DNA of 64,000 nucleotides from Ptychomitrium polyphyllum (taxonomy: Eukaryota). Made by a program: the position numbers and the translations under genes. Location of the stretch: positions 15,500,001 to 15,564,000 of the forward strand of contig OZ316776.1 of the NCBI GenBank assembly GCA_973851085.1. The letters run 5' to 3'. Below the pieces are notes generated by a model that was given only the letters and a program-made list of their open reading frames with translations, made no database searches and was not told the DNA's origin. Numbering within the stretch: position 1 is the first letter of the stretch; each line of letters begins with the position of its first letter. Positions 37,621 to 52,709 of the stretch are shown here, piece by piece.

Positions 37621-38574
37621 TCTATAATAATTGAAGTCTTATTATCATTAAAAAACTTATATAAAGAAGAAAAAGCTTACAACATAAGTATATTAGAAGG
37701 AGTTTGAAGATTTTTAGAAATGCATCACATAAACAATGATGTGTAGAGCAGTTGAACTTTCTAAGCATGACAATAACTTGCTTCAATTTGTGATGATTAT
37801 ATTTTAACCTATTTCTAAACAAAAGAAGGTCAAAAATAGTCTTCATAGACTAAGGCCGGCTAAGCAAATTAGATACAAAAGAAAACTTCCGCTAGAAATA
37901 TAACTTCCAAATCTCTTCTTCATCACAATATCTTAGCAAAGTAAAATCGCTTTTTTAGAATACTATTTTAATTCAAATTTATTATTTATCTCCACTTCTT
38001 TAATTATAATCAAAGCACATAAATAGCAAGAAGAAATTTTATACCTTTGACAATAGTGTGACTTGGAAAGCATATAGAGCTAGGCTGCAAGAAATAGCTA
38101 AATAGGTTATTAAACAAGATCATTGGAAATCCTTAGAATTAAGATATTGCAATGTCAAAATACAAGATTCATCTTGTAACCTTTTTATAAATTCCAAACA
38201 AGAAATTAAATAAAGAAGACATTATAAATCTAATTCAATGGCAAAGACTTATAAAACTGAAGGTTTTAAGGCAATGGCAAGTAGAAGAAAACTTCATGCA
38301 AAAACAAACTATAGGGAAAAAAGGCTACATATACGTATATGGAATCTATTCAAAAATAAATGATTGCAATGAACTATAGTGTTATTAAGTGCATTATATA
38401 TTACAAAAAACCTTTGTACAAATAGGATTTAATTAGGGATAGAAAAATGATTAAGAACAAAGAGCATTTTCAAAATTAAACATTTAGTCATTTTAATAAT
38501 TGCCTCAAGCATCATAAATTTGTGGTTGAATAAAAAATATCATTATGTCTTCCACTAACTTTTTCTTTATCAAA

Positions 38575-38972
38575 TTTTACAAACATATATTATAATATAA
38601 TCTTGAAGAACGTCTTGAAACCTTCCAAAACAGTCTAATATTTTCTTATAACTTCTAAGAACTTTTCAATAGCTTCCAATAGTTTCTACTTCCTTGAAAA
38701 ATTTCTTAAAAAGGTTCCATAAACCTCTAGAACATTCTATAATTTCATAAGTAGCTTCTTTAGAAGTATATCAAAAAATATAAGTTTTATAGTATAGATT
38801 GGAAATAAGATGAAATACATAATAATTTTGTTAATACAAGTCGTAGAACACATCCGGTACATTACATTATTCTTAGTTCTTGTACAAATTTTTATCATCA
38901 AATAGCTCCTTGAAAGCTAATTTTAGAAACCACTTCTTTTCTACTTCCTTGTTACTTGTATTCTTATTATCA
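38575..38972 (+). mobile_element. Highly degraded solo LTR
   Basis: Colinear LTR motifs CTAGAACATTCT, GCTTCTTTAGAAGTAT, TAGCTCCTTGAAAGCTAATT and a CTTGTATTC end. Boundaries are approximate. Confidence 0.6.
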
Positions 38973-41900
38973 ACTTAGGTAATACTAATTTCTTGAATCC
39001 ATGCTAAAAAATTCTTGCAGTTGAAGGACATGCATTGGTTGGTTTTTATTTGTGATTTATGACTTTGGATATATGTTATGAAAGAAATTTTATACTTTAT
39101 GCTTCCAAACCTAGTTTGTTACAATTTAGAGTTATAAACATTTTTCTGCCAATTTTGCAACTAGAAAGTGATCACCTTCGCTCCAAAATGTTGATGACCT
39201 CAAACTTAGTGGTTGAAAAGCCTGATAAGAAAAACCTGAAACTACATTACAACTTGTTGGGGGTGTAATCTAGACCGCAACACTTCCATGTAGACAATAT
39301 TTGTAAGCAGTAGCCTGTCCCATACAGGAGTTCTTAGGTGGACAATTTGGTTCATTGGTGGTATTGGTAATACCCTTTGTTCAAGTAGGGATATTTTCTC
39401 ACAGGTCATATACATTCTAACAACAAATTATGAGTGGAGCACAATGAATTTTTTGGTTTGGTGTTAGAGTATTTAATTTGCTATGTCTTCAAGATGTGTG
39501 AATGTATTGTTGCATAGTCCTGTAGGTTATTTAGTGTCAGTGAATGTCTGAATTCTCCTCTGTGAAGGTACCTTGCAATTACATTACAAAATGGTGCATA
39601 TAGTTGACCCTCCTTGAATGCCACCTCTTTAAATGTTATAATGCCCTAATTGTTATCTTTTTGGCGTTCTCAAAAAAATACATTTGTAAATGTTATATTT
39701 TAAATGTTACATAATTCAAGAGAATCTATGCTCTTTCCTTTGTAAATCCACCTTTCATAAATGCTATTTTTGTTATTTGTACTAATATATGGTATTCATA
39801 TTAATATGTATTATATATAACAATCATTTGTATGTACAATTATATGAAAATGAGTAAATTTAGGGTTAGAATTTAGGATTTTCTATGCAACCTCCTTTTG
39901 TTAGTATATATTATAGTAAAAAACTATCAATGCTCCTTCTTTGTTCAAATAATACAAATAAAATATGCAACTCAATACAAGAGAGATGAAGTAACTTAGT
40001 TGGTGCAACCACCTCCACAAGTTGAATTTTCAATTGTAACTAAAGCAATTTAGCTTCTTCACACTTTCCTTAAACAACATTCTATGATAGCTGATTTTAG
40101 TTCCAAGCTAAAATCTATCAAAAGGGATTTAGCAAAACTTCAAATTTAAGGTATTCACCCAAGCATTATTGATAAGTATTTCCCAATAGTGCAGTCACTA
40201 GTGTAATAGTTTTTAAAATTGTTATGTTACTCCGTATGTACCTCTCATTATTGATAAATGTTATTTTTGCAACTTTCATCCTTGATTAACTTTATCTATA
40301 TAAATAAGATTTTTAAAAGGTTGTCCCTCTTTATTTATTATATGTTACACTTCTTTAAATGTTAATTTTTTTCAACTCCGTAAGCCTAACATTTAAGGAG
40401 GGTCGACTGTATATCTTACATAAAAAATGTGCTTTCAATACACATCCCTCTGTAATTCATCTTAATAGTATTCCTCAATTTTGAAAGAGCTCATAATGTG
40501 AGAAAATGGTACAAGGCACAAGTTTCAAACAATATTTGGATTGGTCCCTGCTTGTGCTCTTTGTTGTAGACTGTCTATCTGTAAACAATCCAAAAGATAA
40601 ACATGAATCATTTGACTTTCAAAGTGGTCCAGGGGGTCCCTTTTGAGGCATTTCTTCAACCTCAATCATCCCAAATGATTTTGTATTGAACTTCAACTGC
40701 CTGACTTACAGCTTGAATTTCACAAGGACATCCTCTGTTTTTGTGCTTTCTGGCATGTTATACCAACATTCTTCAAAAGTTGAAGCAACTCATCATCCCC
40801 TTACAAAGTGTAAAATTAACAATAAATAAGTGAAAATATATGAGTGTTATTTTATAACTTAGCATATGAAATATTTCAATTTTTTGTGGAACAAGGCCTT
40901 GACAACAAAACTATATCATTTAAGTGATGAAATTAACCCTTTTGGGAGAGCGTGTTTGTAAGGGTTCTTAAGAAATGTCAATACAGTTCCTTTTACTGTT
41001 GTTTAGCAGCCCAGCAATCTGGAATACCAATGTATGGACTATTCAAGGATGGAAGTCTAATGGACACTGGAATACTGGTGAGTTTGGAATTGGTCGGCTT
41101 GTGTTCTTGGCTCTCCAAAGAATCACGGATTATTCATGGAATCAATGTAAGGCCAAGGCTTATTATTCTGGAACCCTTATTGAGCCATGCAAGAATAATT
41201 TCTTTGCAAACTGGGCAAATCTAGTGAGTCATATCCATGAACCCAGCTATTCTGGAAGTGTATCTAAGTTCATTCATTCAAATATGAACACTTATATGTA
41301 CTAAATGATGGAAGACAACCACTCATACAGCATCAGTTTACAATTTCATTGTGTTATAGCAATCACCTTTTTATTGTTGCTATCTTTTGCATGTAAATGT
41401 ATGTGGAAACACTTTTTAGAAATTAGCAAGTGAAAATGTAGTGTGAAGCCCATTAAATCCTTTTTTTTTTTTGGAGCAGTATTCACTGTATCATGAATTA
41501 CTTAAGATGTAGCTTTATAAACTTCATTATTATGATTTTATCATATGTTACTTCAAAATATATAAAGAATATAAGAATCCAAAAAGGTAATTGGATAAAT
41601 TGAATGTTGCATGACCACATGTTAAGAAAAGAAAAAGCTTTATTTGTATTGAATTAATGATATTTAAACAATCAATGCTTCATAAAATAGGATGTTGGAA
41701 GTCATTAATTATAATTTGACTTATTTTGGATTTTATGGTGCTTCATTCATAATTCATATGTAGAGGGAAAATATATGTAATTTCACACTACAAATTTTTA
41801 TTGAAGCACTTCATATAAATTTTTGCTCCTCATACTATATTCTTATGAATTAGGAATTCTACCTTGTTGCTAGTAGAGGATGCAATGATAGTTATAAATT

Positions 41901-44483
41901 TGTTTTGGACTACTACACTTTCTCCTTTGCTTAACATACATTCTCCCAAGTCCAATAAGATAAGGCTTCATTAAAAGTTTTAAGTAGTTATGAAGTAATT
42001 AAATATTTGTTATGCCTATACATTTTACATGTGATATCTATGAATGAAACATTTAATTTAAATAGATAAACCTCCTATCTTACATAAAAATCTAAGATGT
42101 CAACTCAAATATTCATAAGAATTTTATATGAAATACAAAAAGTATGTTCTTTTAGGTTTATGCATCAAAATCAAAGCTCTTTATAGTGGGCCATTGGGAT
42201 CAATGCAAGACATATGTGAGTAGTCAAATCCTTCTTCAAAACCAGATCCCTATGTACCCTGGAAACCTGCAGAGAAAGAGGAAAGGCCTGCTTATCTGCT
42301 CAGTTGTGAACTTCTGAGCCACTGATAGCCATTGCTTGCAGTGCCCACAATGCACAATGCCACAAGACCTTTTCAATTGTTGCTCCCTTCTAGAGATACA
42401 TGCAACATTCTAATATTGTCTATGTTGGGTTCGGAATCTTCATGGCCCCATTTTCTTTTTGTCTAGTTCAAGGCCGGCTTAATTCTCTAGCTTCAATTCT
42501 GGCATGCTTCCTTGCCATGCTGCTCCAAGACTCCACCCTTGTTCTCACTCTTTAGTGTGAAGATTGCACCCAATGGTCCTTTTATCACCTTATCAAAGGT
42601 ATCTTTAAAGTATCATGAATTGTTGAACTTGAAGATGGAAGCCATGTATGGAAGCCATGTATGAATCCAAGTATGAATCTAAGTCAATGATTTAGCTTCA
42701 TGGCTTAGTCCACTTGTTTCCAAATGCAAAAGATGCAATTAATGTAAAGCATATTTGTATTTTTCTATTTTGAAGTAGAAAGGAAGGGAAATGAAGTAAG
42801 GGATGAGTACATCAAGATTAAGTATAGATTCCATTTTGTTCTATAGTATTTTATAATGTTTCATGATTCAAATCTAGCTTCTTATTACATGATTGCTAAA
42901 AAATCCCTTAGTACTATGAATTACTATAAATTACCAAAACAATGTCAATGGTGGTTATAGAATTAAATGTCTAGTAGGTGTTGAATTTTGTTAATGCATC
43001 TATTTAGTTGTTGTATTGTTGATTTTGCAAAAAAAAAATATAATTTATAATTAACTCAAATTTTATATAAAAAAATAAATTTGAATTACAATGGTATGAG
43101 ATTCTTCTACCTTATTTCAAATTGTAGGACAAGTTGCATGGCTGAATATTAGGTGTAAAGATCTTTTAAGCATATGTTTTTTGTAGTATCAACATCAATT
43201 CTTATAAGTTGTCTTTCTACATGAATATTATCAACATCTTTTTTCATGGTAAATTTTTTACTTTGCATATACATATTTTTTACCTTGCAGAATTTTTTTT
43301 GGTTTTGAACAAATGATTTACATGGTTGACATTAAATGACATCAAATGACTAGAATAGCTATGTTATATCATTAAATTAAATCCAATGCATTTTTATTTA
43401 CAAGCTTATTTTTAACATCCGAATATTATTTTAATAACAAATGATGATGACCTTGTAATAGATTATTAGATTGTCAATTATTCTTTTAATACTTATTTTA
43501 TCATTGAAGTGATTTTTATTATATTTTTTAATGTTTAAAGCTTATCTATTGAGTTGATTTTTTTTTAAATATTGAAATTGTTATTTTAAGATTTATATAA
43601 ACAAAACCTTATTATTCTCTCCTATTTTTTTGGTTTATTTATTTGTCCATTTATTAATCTGCACATATTTAAATGTACAAATCTAAATGTATTGAAATTT
43701 GAATGGATGGATAATTACATTTGAGTATATAAACTTGCTTTGAATACCATCATATTAAAGATGTAATGACTGCCTTATTAGTTTATAAGTTTGTGTTTTT
43801 AGAATTATACTTTTAATTAAAAAAACTTAATATAAGTTTTTTGGAATATATAAATATATATATAATTCAATATGAAATTTATAAAAAAATATGTAAATTA
43901 GATAAATAATTATTTTGAAATTCCAAAATGAATCATTTTCTTTCTTTTATTTTAAATATAATTGGACAATTTTTAAACATAAAAAGTAATACATGACATT
44001 GATTTTTTGATTTGGTGTTCATTTTGTTGTGTTGGAATTAAAAGAATTAGATTGAATATTGTACTAAAATAACATGTACAATAACCTACAATTGAAGCGT
44101 AAAATCTAAATTAAAATGATTACTATTGAGTATAACACAAATGATTTAAGGAAATTAATACATGTTATACTAAAATGATGCTTTTTCTAAGCTTTTTTAT
44201 ACAACTAAATTTGAATTATTTATTATGCCTAAATAATTCAACTTTGAATTATTTATTATTTATTTGGTGTTACATAAAATAAATAATAAATAATTCAAAT
44301 TATTTATGTTACATTATTTATTATTTATGTTACATTATTTTATATTACATTATTTGCAATTCAAATTTTTGGATTCAAAATTAAGAATATTAATTACTTA
44401 AAATAATTTATAAACTCATTTTTTTCAATCAAACCTTCATGAATGTCTCATTCCATTTTTTGTGTTATAATTGAAGCACATAT

Positions 44484-45038
44484 TGTTATGAACATAGATC
44501 ATGCAACATAATCTTTAAAACCTTTTAGAACTTTCTGGTATATTATAGTAGCTTTTCATAATACTTTCAATGTTTCTATAGCTGTTTCCACCTCGTTGGA
44601 AAACTTCATAGGAAGATTCTAACACCTTGCAAAACTTCCTAAGAAAGTTTTACTTCTTTAGGAAACTTCTTCTTTAGGAAACTTCCTAAAAAGATTCCAC
44701 CACCTTAGGAAACTTCTAAGGAAGGTTCCAACTCCTCGGAAGCTTCTTAGGGATGTTCCACCATCTTAGAAAACTTCTTGGGAAGGTTCAATAGACTTCT
44801 AGAACATTCTTAAGCCTTGTAAGAAGTTCTTTTAGAAGTATCCTAGGAGATATAAGCATCATAGTATAAATAGGAGGCAAGACAAGGTATTCTTTAGTCT
44901 TGCCAATACAAGTTGTGGATCATATTGTATCCTACTTTGCTTTCGTCTTTGTAACATTTCTTGATAATCATTAGCTCTTTGGAAACTAATTCTTAGAAAA
45001 CACTTTGTTTCTACTTCTTGTTTCTTGTCTCACTAACA
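44484..45038 (+). mobile_element. Solo LTR (555 bp)
   Basis: CATAT-[TGTTATGAACATAG...CTCACTAACA]-CTTAT (TSD with one mismatch); TATAAATAGGAGGCAAGACAAGG is retained. Confidence 0.92.
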
Positions 45039-47978
45039 CTTATTTCATTGCTTTAAGGTTTTGCTCACTCAATTGGCACACATACTCCAATGCGTGCATT
45101 TTAGATCATTTGTTCATTTTTTGATGTAAAAAAGATGAATTTACAAATTTCTATGCACAAAAAATTTGACTAATTAATTTGTCAAAAGAAAAGGATATAT
45201 AACATGGCAAAAGTAATGTAGAAGTTACATTAACCAAGATCCTATAGAATTTCTATATGTCTAATTTGCAAAATCTATAAATTGTATAGTATGGAGCTAT
45301 CACTCATTATTTAGGAGGTTATGGACATTAATCCATGCACAATGTGATGTTTTTATGTAAAATTAGGTTATGAAAAGGATGCTATGAAGAATTAGATCCA
45401 TTATTATTTAAGGACCTTAACATTACAAATTATGTACAATTTTTTAGTAATAAAAGTTAATTTCATAAAACAAAATATATAATAAGTAGCTACTGCAATA
45501 TAAAAAAAGGCAATTATTTTTGAATTTTGAATATAGATTTCAAAATTGCGTGTGGTGTATATAATGGTTTTGGCACTACAAGAAATATTACAAGAATTAA
45601 AAAATATATCTTTTAATGACTTATTTACACTTTTATTTTAAGCTATAATTTAAGTTTTGAAATGATACCTTGTTTAAAAAATTGAAATTGTTGTAAGCAA
45701 AAAATCATTTACTAAATAAAAAGTTTTAAATGAAATGTTGCTCCAACTTGTTAAGTAAAAATCAATGTTGTACAATTATCAAATTTTGTCCTTTTGAATG
45801 AGTATGGTTGTTAGTATTTTATTTTGTACCTAGAATGTAGATATCATAATAATATATAGATTTATTCATTTTTTAATATTTACTTTATATGAATAATGAA
45901 ATTTTATTTTTTTTTTATTTTTTCTTTGGTATCAATATTAAGGTATTTTATTGTTTATACTTGTGATTTTCAAATAGCAATTTCTTTAATAAATGTCAAA
46001 GCTCAAATTACAAAATTGATGTAAAATATAATAATATCCATGTTTTTACCATTATTTTATGAATAATTCTCAACCAATTAAATTAAATTAAGAAATAGAT
46101 TTTGTTACTTACAAAATGATGAATAAAAGAAAATTTTAAGAAAGGCATAATTAAACACTTTGCAAGGCAAAAGATTAAATTCATGGTGTTTAGATACAAT
46201 ACCTACAACCATGAAAGTATAATGGAATCTTATTCATGCTTCATTACGAATGTTCATCATTTAAAATGTTTAAATGAATAAACTTCTTTTGGTTTCTTTC
46301 ATTGGTAATTCATTTAAATAGCCTTCATATATAAAGACTAACTGCTTTAATTGAATTTAAATATTACTTGTCAAATATTTGTTGGATAGTATCTCTTCAA
46401 AGATATTGTTTAATAAATTACTTGGCAAAATGTAAAATATCCAAATTTATAAAATGTTTATATAAATCTGAATATAGATATAATAATGAAATCATTGTTT
46501 TTATATACCCGTGGAAACTCTTGTATATTTGCACAACCTTGGTGTACATCCAATTAGGAAGGATATAGCCTATGATGAAGAAAATGTAGAAATGATAATT
46601 TTATAAACAACTAAATCACAAATTTGTTAGATAAAAAATTATGTTAAATTCTAAATTCTTGGATATCTAATTCTAAATATTCTATTTATAGATTCCTAAA
46701 TATAAGTGACCTCCTAGATTTACAACTTACTTAAATCTCAAATCACAACCTTCTCTAAGGTTGTTAAAAATGAACTGAAAAACACTATTTCCAATTCCAC
46801 CGTAGGATTCATTCACAAAATCTCCTTAGACTAGAGCCCATACTTTACTTCGTACAAAACCAGCTAAGGAGTAACTATAATCTCCACCAATGAGAACTCC
46901 CCATTTCTTCTGCCTCCATTTCATTGAACAACCCCTTACTCTACATCATTAGTGTGGTTTTAAGCAAAACATGCACAAATCACTACAGGCTCTGCCGGCA
47001 TTGCCAACCGATATAAGCAAGACAGACAGGCTGCGATGCGAAAGGCTAATGCCGTGACAAGGATTCCGCCGTCACTCGCCTGACAGGCACAGTATTCAAT
47101 GCGTGCCCAGCCGGATGATGGCGAAATATAGAATAGTACCGTTGCCTGCACCCTGGAGTCATGGACCCAAACTGTAGCGTGCGAGCCCAAGAGCCCGCGT
47201 CTGCCATGATCCATCGCCCTCTGCAACTAACAAACAACAATTTAGTACACTGCACTACAATTTAGTACACTGCCAGGCTCTAGATAGACTAGACCAATCA
47301 CTCCTCCCTAGCCTGCAACTGGATCATATCAAGTTCTAGTCTTTCCACCTCACCAGCCTGCCCGCCGGCTCCGATCTCCATGTATGTCAGCGTAGACTCA
47401 CATCTCCCGTACTCATCGCTAGAATGTTTATATTTACGTGTTGTCGTTAGGAGAACCCTTTGGTTCAGCGACGCAACTTCCAAGTTACAAGTTACAAGTT
47501 GTTACAGCAGCTAGAATATCTTTCTTGTGAGTTGACGTACTGCTGATCTAGTGCTGTGTTTCGGTTGATCACTGAGATTGGGTGCGACGCAAGTTGGCAC
47601 TTTTGGCTGCCTGGGCTTGCTTCTGCAACCAGTCTGGTTGTTGAGGGATTGTAGGCAGGACAATGCGACGATAGATCGGTAGTACAGCTTCTCACTGAAG
47701 AGTGTTCGGGCCATTTGGGCGGGTGTAAGGTTTTTGAATTTTGGTTGTGGAGGTGAGATTAAGAGAGGGGTCTAAGGAGACCTTTAATTCGTTGTGAAGT
47801 GGTTTCGGAGGATGTTGAGAAGCTTGCTAGTGGTAGTGTTAGGCAAAAGGATTGGTTTGATAGTATTGCAGCGAATAGAGGATGAGCTATCACTTCGAGG
47901 TGTAGTGCCCTAGAGTGTTTTGGTGGGATTGCCTTGATTCATTGATCGGATGCGAGTCTGTAGATGTTCTAGGACGAC

Positions 47979-49680
47979 ATGGGGGCAAGGGGGGCACAGA
48001 GGCAAGTGGTTGTGTATGATCCTCATTCATCGCAGAGGAGCCTGGTGTACTGTCACGAGGACATTGAGGAAATTCGAGCTGCCAAGAGGTCGGCAAGAAG
48101 AAGATGGCTACGGAGTTGTTGCTGTCTGTTGATTGCGTTGATGGTACTCCTCCTTGTTCTCTCGTGCTTGGGAGGGATTGCGTTTCTCGTGTTGAAGCCC
48201 AAGTCTCCCCAGTTGTCCCTTCAGGGCATCACCTTGCACGACATCAAGGTAATGCAAACGAATTCTGCTGTTGGCATTTAGCGAGCATCAGGCTTTGAGA
48301 GGCACACTTTCGCATTACATCTTCAGCGTTGGCATTGATTGGGACAATGGGACTTTTTTTCTACACAGCCGTGGCTCTTGCTAAGAGTCCTTTAAACCTT
48401 AGAAATCCACTCTATTGAATGTGATGGAGATGAATACATTTAAGTCCAATTCATACGTGATTCCGTGTCCCTCGGTCCCTTATTCTGATTGTGGGATGGG
48501 TCTTGTATTTTCCATCTAGGGTTTACTTGAAAAAAATTATTAGAAATTTCTTACGAGATGTGGAGTGTACAGCGTCTTGATCACATATTCTTCATGACCA
48601 CACTACTAGAAAAAGTGAGTGTTCGTTTGTAAATGGGATTATGGCCAAATTTTTGCTTTCTCGGTTTCCAGCATAGTGATTTGGAGACATCTATTGAACA
48701 GGTTAGGCCGTTCATATCTGTATTAGAAACGAGCATGGAACAGCTTTCTGCAGGGTGAAGTAAGGACATTCGGCAACTTGAACATCTGTATATTGTTCCG
48801 GAAAACAGGGATTTTGGGAGAATGTTGGAATTAGACAACCAAGTTTAATTGGGCATTTTCCTACTGTGGTGTTGAACTTTGATTTGTGAGTGTAGAAGCT
48901 GCCAGTTGTTGTAAGCACGTGACAAACGAGCAAAAGACTATTAACATTTCATCCTTTTGACTTATATGTTTTCTTTTCTCTGTTCAGGTACTCGAAGCCA
49001 ACGGAACAACCCATGCTGGGAACTCGACTGTGATGTATTTGAATTCTACTCTGTTTATCATAGCAACCAATACGAACCGGGTCAGTGTTAGCTACTCTAC
49101 TGTACATTTTAACATTACTTACAATGACTTACCCTTAGATAACACCTCGATGCCCCCTTTCCGTCTTCCTGCACATGGCAACGTCACTATAGGAACACCC
49201 CTCGCTGTCAACAACCTAGAATTATTTCAGACGGATGGACAAAACCTTCTTATGGATGCAAAAGACAACCACTTACCTATAAGGCTTATTGGGCAGACAA
49301 CCGCGAATATCCATGTATTTGGCATCCAATCAAACGTGAAGGTAGAGTTCGTGATCCTTTCGTCTCATGAAAATTTGGTCATGCTCTATTTTTTAGTAGG
49401 CCGGTTATGTGAATTAGTCGGTATTTTGGCCCATCTTGCATTTGTTGGCTACAAGCTTGCAATGGAGGAGCAACTGGACAACCTCCCCATCTGCACATAT
49501 TTGAAATAGTAGTGGATAGCAGATCACCTAATGGTAAATTTTTTATATTTGGACTAATATTTTTATATTTTTTATATGGTGGTTGTGTTGCAGCTTCACA
49601 TGGATTGCGATATTGTGATCCAATACCAGGATCTTAAAGTTCAAATTAACGTTTGTAAAACAACTTCATCAAAAATATAA
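47979..49680 (+). CDS. LEA_2 / NDR1-HIN1-like membrane-anchored protein, ~236 aa; exons 47979-48248, 48988-49341, 49594-49680
   Basis: A basic and Cys-rich segment (RRRWLRSCCC) is followed by a TM helix ending in KPKSPQLSL, then NTNRVSVSY, PPFRLPAHG and a terminal DCDIVI...VC. Phase-0 GT-AG introns join into an open frame. Confidence 0.88.
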
Positions 49681-50999
49681 CCAGTGTAAGATATTAAGTA
49701 GTATGAGCAGCTGTGTATGCAGGTTATTTGAGTTCTGTTCAAATTAGATCTTGAGATAGTCACGATACAATCTGTACCCGATGGTACAGGTAACCTTCGT
49801 TGTAATAGACCCCTTTGAGAGAAAGGAATCAAACACCGGGTCATTCTAATTCTAAAGAACACTTGGTTACTTTCAGTTTTCACTTTACTTTTGTTCTGTC
49901 GTAGATTTGAAATGGTGTTAATGTTTTGAATCCTTCGTTGGTTTGGAGTGACTCTAGGCTACTGTTTCAGCTTCCTAAGGTTTTACTTACGGATTTTTTT
50001 GGTATTATTAGAGTCCACAAGAGTTGATTCTAATGATCATCACCTTGATCATTGAGCGACGCTTCACTTGGGGCACATTACTCTATCACCTTGTTTTTGA
50101 CAAATGTAAAGTACTCCCTAAGGGTTAAGGTCTCAAAATGCAGATTTCTACATTTACAACCGCTTCAAAACTAAGCTTTAAACCCCTCAAGTTCATCTGG
50201 TCAGAATTTTTGTTTCTTATAGAGATTCTGTTACAGATCACCGTAACAAGCCTTACTGCGGAAGAATGCTGTATCTACACCTAATCTTGCCCTTTATGCT
50301 TAAGATTCAGTGTCTAGTGTCTCTTGACATCATTTGCAGTAGTAACCTGTGAGATTATGTTAGCCTTGTGTCAACTGAGGAATTCATACAGTAGTGACAA
50401 CATGTGTACTCTGGCTTGTGTGGAATACTCAACCATGCACATTCTTGAGATATGGAAACTTTAGTTTTAGGTGAGCTCTTCTAGCTAGACCTTTTAGATT
50501 TTACTGACTGCTTTAGAAGAGCCTCTAAAGCTGGTTTTCAGGCTTCTCAATTATGGTCTTTAGGGTTAGGAGTGAATGCACCTGGGTAACTGAGGATCAG
50601 AAATTGACATACTTGAATTCTGCTGGTGCTTGAGAGGGGAATGTTCTGTAATCACTGAAGCCAGTAATCTATTGGCTTGTTGAATTTTATAAAGGAGATG
50701 CCTACTCAACTGGTTTGTGGTCAAGAAGTAAAGGTTAGTTGGAAATAACATGAGGACTAATTGACGCTCATACTCTGGTCTTGTTACTGCTGTCATTACC
50801 CATATTGTCTACATTGTAGAAACTTATCTTTCATCGTGGAAACATCCCAAGGTTAGATTCTGGTCTTTCATTAGGTCTCAGAAATGGAGATCAAAGTAAA
50901 CCAAGTGGTACAGAGGTCCAATCTGCCAATCCAGAATACTGACGACAAGCCTGATTAAGGAAGTTGTGGTCTACAGATTGGAAACAATGTCCAAAAACA

Positions 51000-51237
51000 T
51001 TTGAACACATGTAATCCTCACTACTTCCAGAATCATTGTTTTCAACAACAGCATCAAGGTCAATTTGATCTGCAATTGGTATCCTGGTTTCATCAATAAT
51101 CTGCATAATTCCTTCCAGCCTTGTGGCTGATTGGGATCCTTAAAACTGCAGCCTTTTTCTGCTTGGTCTTCTAAGTCTGCAGGCAGATTCGTCTGAAACC
51201 ATTCATGGTGTTTGATATCCTCCATGCTGATTCTCAT
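51000..51237 (-). pseudogene. SnRK2: SnRK2 (OST1-type) kinase C-terminal fragment, frameshifted
   Basis: RISMEDIKHHEWFQTNLPADL...FKDPNQPQ, then after a frameshift near 51120, IMQIIDETRIP...DSGSSEDYMC. This matches the end of the kinase domain, the SnRK2 box and the acidic ABA box. No upstream kinase exons are visible. Confidence 0.8.
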
Positions 51238-52709
51238 TCGTATCCATAATGCAACCGTTTGGAAACCTTTCTTTGCTAAAGAATTTTTCCTAATTTTGAA
51301 GAAGACGTTAGTCTTTTAGGATATTCTCATACATCTATTGCATTTGAGATTAGGCCATGGCTCCTACATTCTAGGTAATCTCTACTCACATTTAATTTTA
51401 TTATATCCAGTTTTCTTAGAAAAATCAAGTATTGTTGCATTACAACAGGCTTTGTTCTAATTGTATTTTTAATATAAATATAATTTTTTTACGTAATTCT
51501 ATCAACAAGAGTGTGTACTCTTACATTTTGAATATATTAAATGAATACCAAAATAATTTGATTAAATTGGATGAAATATGGAATTTTACTTTTGGAATAT
51601 ATGAATGAATATGTATTTTAGTTTTGGTATCTATGAAGTTTGAAGAACGATGTATTATATATGTATTCTATTTGCATTTGGCAAATTTTATGCAAGTAGA
51701 AAATTGTAAAGTATATTAACAATTAGCTACAATTTATTTATTTATTTGTAAAATAACCAATATAGATGTTTAAAGCTAGTAGACATGTTGTGAATATACC
51801 AATCCTTACTTACATTTAAACTATCATTTTCCAACACTTCCCATCACAGTGATGATCTTATTACTATACATCATATCCATTATGTCCACTTTGAAAAAGA
51901 AACAATTGGAAAGAAACAACATCTTCTAATAATATTTATGAATCTTGAATTACATGATTTGAATAGTAGAATAAAAAAATCCACCAACTTCGTGAATAAT
52001 GCAACAATATGCTTACAAAATTATTGAAGCACTTGATTTTTAAATGCTAAGATTTCAAATAAGATCTACAAATTAAGTTCACATTTTTGAAAGCTAAATA
52101 TTAAAAGAAAAAACATTCCTTTTAGACAATTGTCATAATTACATTTTAAAGTGAAAGTTGATTATATGAAGTCAATATGCATTTTGACATTATTAAAAGA
52201 TAAACAATACCACCATTGATATTATTTGAATACCACTTATTGTAATCTTGTTTAGTACCTTGTATATATAAATGTTCCATATTAAACTTCCTCCTTAGTT
52301 GAATTTTTAAATCTTAAACTTCTTATGATCTTCCAATGACCTTTTAAATCATATTGACATTGCTCTACATGCATTAAACTTTAGAAATGTTTGGTTGAAG
52401 AAATGAATAAAAATATATGAGCTTAAATTTGACTAATATGACTAAGATATATATTGACTTGTTTCAAAATGATAATTAGCAATAAAACATTGTACCAAAG
52501 AATTAAATTCTATTGAAATAATGAAGAATGAATAATCAAGTTCCATATTAAATAATTCCATGAAGGTTTGTTCATGGCCCTGAATATACTATTCATAAAA
52601 ATGTCAAATCTGCATGTGATTTTTTTTGGTTTTTAATGAATGAATATTCAATATGAATTCTTTCTATAAAAATATTTTTCAACTTGATCTTACTGGTCTT
52701 TGTATAATG

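Noticed and set aside
40952..41304. ORFs of 90 and 109 aa
   Set aside because: No recognisable domain or gene structure; kept only as a non-coding island.
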